Shown here one piece after another: positions 55,434 through 64,000 of a stretch of 64,000 nt of DNA (position 1 is the first letter of the stretch; each line of letters starts with the position of its first letter). The notes beneath the pieces are model-generated. The model was given only the letters and a program-made list of their open reading frames with translations. It was not told the origin of the DNA and did not search any database. A program made the translations under genes and the position numbers. The DNA comes from Lepidodermella squamata (lineage: Eukaryota; Animalia; Gastrotricha): positions 682,001 through 746,000 of the forward strand of contig JBLDXI010000054.1 of assembly GCA_047495785.1 (NCBI GenBank), read 5' to 3'.

Positions 55434-57800
55434 TCACCTTTGATAGCGACCAAAAAATGGCAGCATCCAAGTAACTGAGGTTGAAGCCGATATAGCTATG
55501 ATCGAAAAAGTGATAGCAACCTGCTGCTCAATGATACCGCCGGACAGCACCAGAGCAATTAAAACAGCTGCCGGGTACAAAGTCGCTGCATTGGCTACCG
55601 CGCCACACGTAGCGCCATATTCACGAACATTTTTCGTAACTCCTTTAATTTGATTCAGTTGGTACGCTGAAAATGCGCCGAGAAGAAGGACCAGAATTTG
55701 CGAACACCCCATTGCCAGCATAAAACCGGTCATGTTAGTCGTGAAACACTTGATAGCCCACGTTTCGACAATTGTATCTCGGTCTTCGGAGTAGACAGGG
55801 CTCCCTAACATGTCAGAGGCGCATATAGTGTCCTGACTAGCAAACCAGCCTGTTAGAATTGCGGCACTTCCTAATGCAAGGAGGAGAGTCAGATTAACGG
55901 CTGATTTATCGATTTCCGACCACGAATCCTGCGTGAAAGCAACGACTTTTCCAATCTCATACGCCGAAGTTGAAACACTGCGAGACACAGGTCGATGTGA
56001 ATCTTGCGTGTTTTCATTTTCAACTGAATTAAAGGTCCTGTCCCCGTTCGTTGCAGTGATATTTGATCGATTGAAGCTCAGCTGATGGTTAGACTTTATC
56101 GGTTTTGATTTTCTACTCAAAGATCGAATCGCTCGGAGGATTACAATAATACGAACCGCAACAACTCCGAAAACGCTTGAAGCCCCAAGGCATAGAGTTA
56201 CTATAGAAAAAATCACGAGACGAACATTGCCAACATTACGATCCATGGCAAACAGGATAGCTGAAGCATTAAGGACTAAGCACCCAACAAAACCTAGTAA
56301 CTTGGTGTAAGGAAATGAGAGAGACCTCGAATTCCTTCTGTAAAACACAGCAATCATCCCAGATAACTGGCCGAAAGAAGCAATACCACCCATCACAATT
56401 GCAGTGGTGAACACTCCGTTAGGAAGTCGTTTTTCGACCTTCTCCATTGTAGGTTGGTCGATCGGAGGTTTATCCGCTATCCATTTGATAGGTCGCATGA
56501 TTTGGAGGGTGTAGCTGTCGTAGGCAAATTCATCTTTCCCACTGTCAGTACGTTGCCGGACCGTCGCGACATTTTGCATTCCTTCTTGTGGTGTCCAATA
56601 CGCAACTGCTTGAATATCCCCCTGTAGTTGGCCTTTTGGAGAATATGACATCAAACCAACCCGAACTCCGGTTACTTTCGAGGCTAGGACAGACTCATTG
56701 GCAACTCGAGTGACTATATCAGTGTAGTTTCTGTAGTCACCCAATGTCAAGTTATAGCTCCTCTGCAGATTCAGCTGAGTGTCATGAAGAATCATGGCGG
56801 CTTTCAAAACAGTATCATGGGTATTATAGGCCAGTAGGAACGAATCCGTATTAGTTACCCCCATCTGCTTCATAAGAATCTGCTCGAAATCCGCGGCACT
56901 GTAGCCTAAATCTGTTGGGGCTGTGTAATTATCTGGCTTCACCGTATTACCGAAGAAGAATGACTGCCTCCATTGCGACCATAGTTGATCCCTTGTACAA
57001 CCAGGTACTTGATTCACTGAAAAGCCGTTGTTCAAATTGATGAAAACATAACGAGATCCTGTCATTCCAAGCTTGAAGGCCTCGCATAGAAATTTGGTGA
57101 CTAACAATGAGTTTCCAGTACTGAGGACTATGATTCTCAGGCCACTCCTTTGAAGGGATAGGACCATTTCCAACTCAATGTCGGTTATCATGTTGAACCA
57201 AGGGACGACAAATCCAGACGCAACAGCTCGGTCTTGAAGGAAAAACGCCGTGCCGTAGTCGTTGATATTCGCCGAATTAGTTAGGATGGCAATTTTTGTC
57301 CATTTTCCGATTTCCCTCATGAATCTCAGCATAGATAGAGCTGTAGTCTTCCCAGTAGTAAGAGACAAGTACAAATTCGGATAAATGCTATGATCAGCGA
57401 GAAACGGCGCCCCGCAGAATGTTGAAAGGCCAACCGTTTTGAGGTGACCTAGTATTGGACCGATAGCCTTGCAACCTGTTGATAGGGCCGGTCCTACAAC
57501 AATCGGGGCTTGAATGATCCTTTCATTCGCTTCAGCATCGCGGCGGAAGTCGATGACTCGCTGGGCAGCCGAGTTGCCCAGCATTTCGTCACGATAAACC
57601 ATTTCGATGTGATAATCGGGTAGGATGTCGTTTCTAGCATTTACACGGTCTGCGACCAACTGAGAGGCTAGTAGCATAGACTGGGCTTGTTTCGCCTCAA
57701 CAGCTGTTACTGGGACGAGATTTAGGAGTTGAAGTGTTCGCGGTTTGCCTTCAACTTTCTCCAGCGTTAATATTAAAAATACCAACGAAAGGACCCTCAT
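55434..57800 (-). CDS. Intronless GABA-B-like class C GPCR, copy 6
   Basis: 788-aa ORF; VNARNDILPDYHI, GPALSTGC, FLCEAFKLGMTGSRYVF, 7TM. Confidence 0.85.
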   Translation of the reverse strand: MRVLSLVFLILTLEKVEGKPRTLQLLNLVPVTAVEAKQAQSMLLASQLVADRVNARNDILPDYHIEMVYRDEMLGNSAAQRVIDFRRDAEANERIIQAPIVVGPALSTGCKAIGPILGHLKTVGLSTFCGAPFLADHSIYPNLYLSLTTGKTTALSMLRFMREIGKWTKIAILTNSANINDYGTAFFLQDRAVASGFVVPWFNMITDIELEMVLSLQRSGLRIIVLSTGNSLLVTKFLCEAFKLGMTGSRYVFINLNNGFSVNQVPGCTRDQLWSQWRQSFFFGNTVKPDNYTAPTDLGYSAADFEQILMKQMGVTNTDSFLLAYNTHDTVLKAAMILHDTQLNLQRSYNLTLGDYRNYTDIVTRVANESVLASKVTGVRVGLMSYSPKGQLQGDIQAVAYWTPQEGMQNVATVRQRTDSGKDEFAYDSYTLQIMRPIKWIADKPPIDQPTMEKVEKRLPNGVFTTAIVMGGIASFGQLSGMIAVFYRRNSRSLSFPYTKLLGFVGCLVLNASAILFAMDRNVGNVRLVIFSIVTLCLGASSVFGVVAVRIIVILRAIRSLSRKSKPIKSNHQLSFNRSNITATNGDRTFNSVENENTQDSHRPVSRSVSTSAYEIGKVVAFTQDSWSEIDKSAVNLTLLLALGSAAILTGWFASQDTICASDMLGSPVYSEDRDTIVETWAIKCFTTNMTGFMLAMGCSQILVLLLGAFSAYQLNQIKGVTKNVREYGATCGAVANAATLYPAAVLIALVLSGGIIEQQVAITFSIIAISASTSVTWMLPFFGRYQR

Positions 57801-58151
57801 CTCAAAGGAACAAATTCTAGATTTACCTTTGCAAGATCAAAGCTAATACCTTCTGGATTTCGAATTGAGCGAAGGAGGAGTTTCTCTATTTTGGAGAGGC
57901 TATATACTACTCAGTCCCCGCAATTTCTGGAAAATGCAATTCACTTCGAGAAAATGTCACCATTGGCTCTAAAGCAGACAATTTTGTCCATCTGAGGCGA
58001 CATTAATTATCAATAATTGAACACTTTAGCATTATTTATTCTCTGTGTTCTTGTGAAGCTCAGCCTTTCATCACTAATTATTTTTCATAGATTCAAACTT
58101 AAGATCGAGTTTTACTAAGTAATCTGTGTAAGTAGATGATCAGAAATTGAT

Positions 58152-59338
58152 TTACAGCTTTGCAACAGACACAGCATAGTGCTTGTGCTGCTCGCCCAGG
58201 TTCGCGCTCAGATCTTTCACCGTGTAGACGAGCTCGTTGAAAACAGGATTGTAGTGAATGGTCGAGACGTATTGGCTCGGTGAAGCGTTAGCAACCAACA
58301 AATAGCCAGAATCACGCGATGCAGTGTATGGGCCGACCTCACCAGTAAATCTGACTCAGCAAAGCAACGAAGAAAAATGAATGTTTGAATATCGATATAA
58401 ATTGATTTGGCATACATGTTGCTTTGATGACGCTGCCGGAAGTAGATATTTCCATCACTAGTGCGAGCCAAACCGTAGTAGAAGCCATCAATCATCGCGC
58501 CAATGCCAAAATTCATCATAAGCGTTTGAGAAACATCTGAAAAACCACTCGATTTAGGGAAAGGCGTATTGCTGGTGGCCAATGTTGTCGGATCAACCCT
58601 GAGACGCTTCAGGTAAGGATTCGCAAACAGACTATCCTGAGCTGGGACCAACAGCCAAAGACCACTAGCGTCTCCATGAAAACGGACGTTCATATTAGGT
58701 CTCTGGATCATGGAAGATCTGAAACAAAAGGTCTTTAATCATTGGAAAGTCGATTTGTAGACTTACGCTGGCAGTGAAAGGTCGTATTTGTCCAAAAAGT
58801 TGATAGAAGACCCTTTAATGGGAAGCTGGGTGAAAACATCGCTGCTTGCAATCAATTTCGCCTCAGACGAGCTTGGATTCGCATTTTTCACGCCGCAAGC
58901 GTCTTGCCGGAACATTTTGTTAATGGCTTCAAGCGAAAAAGCTGCGATCGTGACTGGATTGATGATTCGCTTATCAGGATTCGGATTGCTGTACTCGTCG
59001 TACTTGTTCGTCCAAAGTCGGCAATACAAAATGCCGTTGTGGACTGTGGCAGAGTTCGGCACGCATTGTTGGTTCTCCCTGAAGAACCAAACGCCCTCAG
59101 CTCGGCCGACTTGAAGCGAATTCAAGGAGTTGAATTGGTACATGTTCTCGGCGCCCTGTTTGTCTGTGAAGAAGCCATAGAACAAATCTTCGCGGTTGAC
59201 TTTTGACCCAGTATCGCGTAGAATGACGGCATAGGCAGATTTCTCGACTAGCAAACGGGTTTTGTTGAGATTCACCGATTTCAATCCGCCCTGGGCCACA
59301 GTCCCAGAGATCGCTAAAGCAATAACTAACAACAACAT
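58152..59338 (-). CDS. Secreted olfactomedin-like domain protein, about 357 aa (exons 58767-59338, 58416-58718, 58152-58350)
   Basis: Signal peptide MLLLVIALAISGTVAQG. Olfactomedin-like motifs in the expected order: YQFNSLNSL, TVHNGILYC, FHGDASGLWLL, RVDPTTL, AMIDGFYYG and, after splicing, STIHYNPVFNELVY. Confidence 0.78.
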
Positions 59339-59684
59339 GTTTCGTAAAAGGAATGGGTGGAAAATGTGATTTAGTTTACAGCGATGAAAGGCGTGGAATT
59401 TATAGGCCATTTAATATACGAGTGATTTACAAGAAGCCATATATTTTAGCTCAATATACCAAGTTTCAAAGTTCAGACTAATAAATTAATCGCGGATTAT
59501 ACCGAACTGTACCTTAATCCGGAACAATTCTAAGCATATGATACACATTATGAGAAATTAAAGAGACGTATAATGGTTATAGTGAACTACGATCATTTAT
59601 TTCTCATCTCTCTCCTCTCGAACAAGCGTGATATCAACACGCTCATATCAACTCTTCGCTCACAAAATGATCTCGCCAGTGCTT

Positions 59685-62318
59685 TCATGCTGCATTAGGG
59701 CTCACACTGCACAGAGTTTCAGGCTGATCGGCTGGATTTGTTTGCCATTTGCACACTTCGGCGTCAATGAAACCATCCGGCCGCAAGACGACGCCTGTTA
59801 GCAAAATCATATTTACAGTAAGGCGTAAAACCATTAATCCTGAAAACAACTAACATGGCCGATCGGTTACATCGCCGCGATTTGCAACCCAAGGAATTGG
59901 GAAATTTTCCATACTCTCGCCGGTGACGTGGGTGTAAAAAGTGTTCACTGACCTTAGCCCTTGAACTGCGTAACCAGTCATCCCGTTGATCATCAAGGAC
60001 ACGAACCTTTTCATATCAGCCAATCTGTCGACGTAAGCTGCTCCAAGTCCGCTGTAGTAGCATGTATCTATAAATGTCGTGAAAGTTCGTCCACGGTTGA
60101 AAAGCGACTGCATATTTCCGCCCTGCAAAATCATGGGTTGATTTTGTTGTTAATATCATATGCTAACTGATGCGACTTTAGTCTAATTTAGGAGCCTTTA
60201 GGAGACTAGACGTGACTGTATCAGCACAATAAGCACCGGCAGTCAGAACAGAAAAGAAATAAGGACAAAATCAGCAATAGTGACATAAATTTTTCTAGTA
60301 AAGCATAAAGCATACAAAAAATTACCTCTGGATTCATGCATAACACCATGTCCCCGATATTGCCGCAGTCTGTAGTTGCAAAGCCTCCTTTTTCGAGTCG
60401 AACGCCTGGAATTGATTATTTTTACGTCACACGATATCTCCTAAAACTAGTAGGTGGTCTTACAGTTACCGCTGCCAGGTTCCCCTTGCTTCCAGCCAAA
60501 AGGCCCCGGCCGCATAGGAATTCGCAGCGTGGGGGACGAAGAGACCTGATAGTAAGGCCCGAGCCCAATGTAAACCCTCTTTTTGCCGGCGGTTGCTTTC
60601 GCCTGCTGAGCTTCCCCGGGAGTTCGAATCGATGCTAGAACACCACCAGCAGCTTCACATGTGCCATAAGGTGATTGGCCATTTGTTTTAACTCGGAAAT
60701 ACTTGGCTGGAAAACAAATCATTTTGTAAACTTCAACACAGAACACGTTATGGTGAGTTAGAAAAGTTGTTGAGTGCCTTTCGACTTAGGCCATATATGC
60801 TACTAAAGAAAGCGCTGATAATTACATTTGCTGCATGTCGATCCCAGCCAGCCGTCCGGGCATTCACAGACATCGTCACCAATACAAGTTCCACCGTTTT
60901 CACAGGGTTTGCTGCAAGACTCTGTGGAGGGAACTTGTGATGCTACGTAAGTTGAGTTTCACGAGAATTACCTGCGGAGAAGCGTTCGCACACCACGTGG
61001 GCCGAGTCTGCAGCAGTTTTCAGTGCCAGTTTTCCAGTGGCGTAGTCATACTGAACATCTAAATCGATAATAATTATTGGGTGGGGATAGAACAAACTTG
61101 AATTATTTGTTAATTTTCATAGCAGGAGTTCGAGCACTAAGAACTCCCTGCACATACGAGAGAGGTCGCGGCCCTTATTGGCGAAGTCTGCTTCCAACAG
61201 CTGCACGTCCACATGCGATTTATCCGGCCAGGTTACGCGAGTCTGCGGCAGTCTGCGAGCCCAAACAGGCGCGACTCTAAGTCCTCCCTTTGCTGCTTCC
61301 GCCAGCATGCTCTTGGCAGCAGCGTAGGCATCGGCCCTGTTGAGGATTGGCAGTCTAAAGCCTTCTTGCTCGCACAGTTTCACCGCTCCACTTCTGTCCC
61401 CGATGAATTTGAACGGTTGGATAAGGAGCTGAAAAAATGAGATTAAGAAGAGAATCCCCTAAATTGCCGTTACCCACCGAATTTGGGTCTTGGCACAGGA
61501 TGTAGTTGTACTTTTTCGAACAGTCAGCCGTCATCAAGCCAGTATTATATTGATCATCGTAAAGTTCAACACCTGAGGTAAGGTAATGCTTATTTCATCT
61601 TTTAAGAGGAAGAATGACTAACATTCAGCTTCTCCAGCGTCTTTATTCGGGAACCACGGAGCACCCTCAACAACTGGAGAATCATCGCCCCATGCGTACC
61701 GCGAAGCGATAGCGCCAACCCACACAGGTTTGTCTGTCAGCTGCTTCGCGCTCAGCAGAGCTCTCAGGTTTTCCAAATCTGAAGCGGTTTTCGGCGTGGG
61801 CAGACGGCCTCCGCCAGTTCTACAGGCTGATTTAGCTTCCGCTCCCGTAACGCTTTTCTCCGGCGTGAAAACCGACTCTGTAATAATACATAAATGATGA
61901 ATGCTTCACTAAGCAATATAGAAGATTTACGAGTGTCACAGGCAGGTCCTCCAAATCCGGGGACACAGGCGCAAGTATCCTGGCCAACACAAGATCCGCC
62001 GTTAGCACATGCCGGGTTGCAGCTGGCTGCATAGGAAACAAGCAGAGGGTTCAACATATGCAAAAAGAGAGAGTTATCTTACGACTGCTGGTGGTTATTT
62101 CCTCTGGATAAGGCGTCTGCATCAGTTTGAAGAGGAACATTGGTAAGTGGAAAAATCAGGCATAATTTCCCTTACCGTCGTTTGGTTGAAATCAGCCTGG
62201 CTGTAAACCGCCAGCGGGGCTAATGCTGAAAGAGAATTTTGTTATTGTGTTAGCGGGCTGGCGGGGTTTCATGTTAGCTCTTACCCAAAAGCAGCGCCAT
62301 TACAGGTTTGAATGACAT
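59685..62318 (-). CDS. Secreted multi-domain lectin: signal-EGF-CTL-CTL-EGF-CTL-CTL, about 13 exons
   Basis: Spliced by eye. EGF repeats [28 protein letters not shown] and [29 protein letters not shown]-type lectin motifs [52 protein letters not shown], plus a fourth degenerate repeat. One acceptor (about 60700-60770) is unresolved. Confidence 0.75.
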
Positions 62319-63009
62319 TGCTATGCCTGAAGGGGTGACGAAATGAAAATTATCAAGAAAATGTTTATGAAGATGAAATGTGAGAAAATTCGATGACTGC
62401 GAGCATCTTATAAAGGCTTTTTTCTGTACTTATGTGTCAACAGCTGCTTCTGCCATGAACGCAGTTAATCATGTGACAATAATCAGCTGGAAAACAATTG
62501 ACTATCCTTCTCATTACAACTCTTCACGAATTGTTTGGGCAGCTGAGGTACGGAATGCACGTCATATCGATGGGTCAACAACACCACCAGTAGAATGGAA
62601 TGCACACGATGCCTTAGCTGCCTAAGCACTAAACATTGGCTCATTCATTCTCTCAGAATGTCTTTTTATTTCAATTATTTATTAAGTGTACAAAAAAGAC
62701 AGGATAATTAAGACAGGACAAATAAGATGAGGGCGAATAAGGCAATTAACAGTCGGACCGTCGTCATTCGTCTTTCGGCTGCTTGGGTCGGTTATCAGCA
62801 GGGTGCGATAGTGGATCCTGGAGCTGCCAGGGATGGAAAATTGCTTTTGCTGTATTTTCCAAAATGGCTAGTGATTTCAACCAAAACCAGCAAAGCGGGG
62901 AAATTTCGAGAATTTTTTACTCTAAAAATTTAATACCTCTCAGAATTTATGAAACAGCCGGAATTTTCTTTTTTGTCGCGCACTGCTAGTAGGACAGTTC
63001 AGCAACGTC

Positions 63010-63265
63010 AAACGTTCTTTGGCAGTGGTATTTGAGCAGGAGACACTTCAGCGACCAGTCGCTATTAGCACTTAAGCAGGCAGCAATTCAGCAACTGCCA
63101 CTTTAGCAGGTGCGCCATGTACTATTCAGCAACCGACTCTACCCCAGAAGCACTGATTTTTTTTTTAGAAAAGTGGCAGCTGCTGTACTGATTTCTGCTG
63201 AAGTGCTAATAGCGACTGGCTGCTGAAGTGTCTCCTGCTCAAATATCACTGTCAATTGACGTTTC
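63010..63265. mobile_element. Palindromic MITE-like element
   Basis: About 58-bp inverted arms (CAGTGGTATTTGAGCAGGAGACACTTCAGC..CCAGTCGCTATTAGCACTT vs its reverse complement at about 63195-63253), plus an inner inverted pair (63089-63104 vs 63170-63185). Confidence 0.7.
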
Positions 63266-64000
63266 TAAACTTTCTTACAACCCTCTGGTCTGATCATTAA
63301 TTATCTTATTCTCCCTCGTCTTATTTGTCCTGTGTTTTGCCCTTCGCGATGAAAATCGCGATGAAACTCGCGGTACGAACACTACCAAACACCAATAGAC
63401 GCATTTTTTGTGCCCTATTAGTAACCCTATACGCTGATAGTAGCCTGACTAATAGTAGCCCTATTAGTCTCCCTATTCTGACCCACAAACTAAGCAAATT
63501 TGCTATGGAGGCACACGAGGCGCAGTAGAGCAAGCCCGCTGCCATGTGCTTGGAGGTTCTTGGTTCAACTCTCCGCCGCTTTAAAGGTCAGCAAAAACCA
63601 GTTGCGTGTGCTGCTTGTCGGAGCCCGTTTGTCAACTTTGGCCGTTCTAGACCAGTAATAGTCGTCGAGCGCGAGCTGCTGTGGGAAGTCGCCATGCCAC
63701 TGAGCTGGAAAACTATCGGTTGTTCCGGCGATCGTGGAAAAAGAACCGCCAACAAAGCCAGGAGTCTGTCGGATGTTCTCGACTTTCTTTAGTCAGCGCG
63801 AGCCGTACTTGAAGGTTTAAATTTAAAATATCCTAGACCTGACACCTAGAAATCTTAATGTAGCTGTTTGAGCAAAAGTTCCTTGAACAAAGCATCAACG
63901 ATTTTTTTAATTCGATGAATCCATTCCAATTTATTTCCTTATCTTTTCTTTTTTTACAGTCCATTCACCTGAAGCTTTGCGAAAAAATTTCGCATTTGAT

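Noticed and set aside
63544-63792. 82-aa ORF with CLEVL...CAACRSPF resembling part of a RING finger
   Set aside because: Too few metal ligands and no supportable upstream exon.
1-64000. Prokaryotic-type systems (CRISPR arrays, operons), rRNA/tRNA genes, autonomous transposases or reverse transcriptases
   Set aside because: The sequence is spliced animal DNA. No regularly spaced repeat-spacer array, structural RNA or transposase/RT ORF was seen by eye; a tRNAscan/Infernal run would be needed to exclude small RNAs.

Overview
Gene-dense genomic DNA from an unidentified invertebrate animal. Introns are canonical GT-AG and mostly about 50-65 nt; most genes are on the minus strand. Gene models were spliced by eye. 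Nearly every gene encodes a secreted or membrane protein: three small secreted paralogues of unknown family, six intronless GABA-B-like class C GPCRs, a short-loop Cys-loop channel subunit, a second Cys-loop subunit of about 883 aa plus its pseudogene, an S28 serine peptidase plus its pseudogene, a GLUT/SLC2A transporter plus fragments, an orphan class A GPCR, a stand-alone olfactomedin protein and an (EGF-CTL-CTL)x2 lectin. A probable pseudo-SET/TPR protein is the exception. The window also has several non-autonomous transposons and a near-perfect 2.27-kb tandem duplication. The most striking item is the channel gene at 49520-52275, where an ERGIC-53/VIP36-like L-type lectin domain and a mucin-like stalk precede a complete pentameric ligand-gated channel. 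Next is the tail-less GABA-B-like receptor array, with divergent ligand-binding domains and a gene-converted 7TM segment. No database searches were possible, so family calls rest on recalled motifs.
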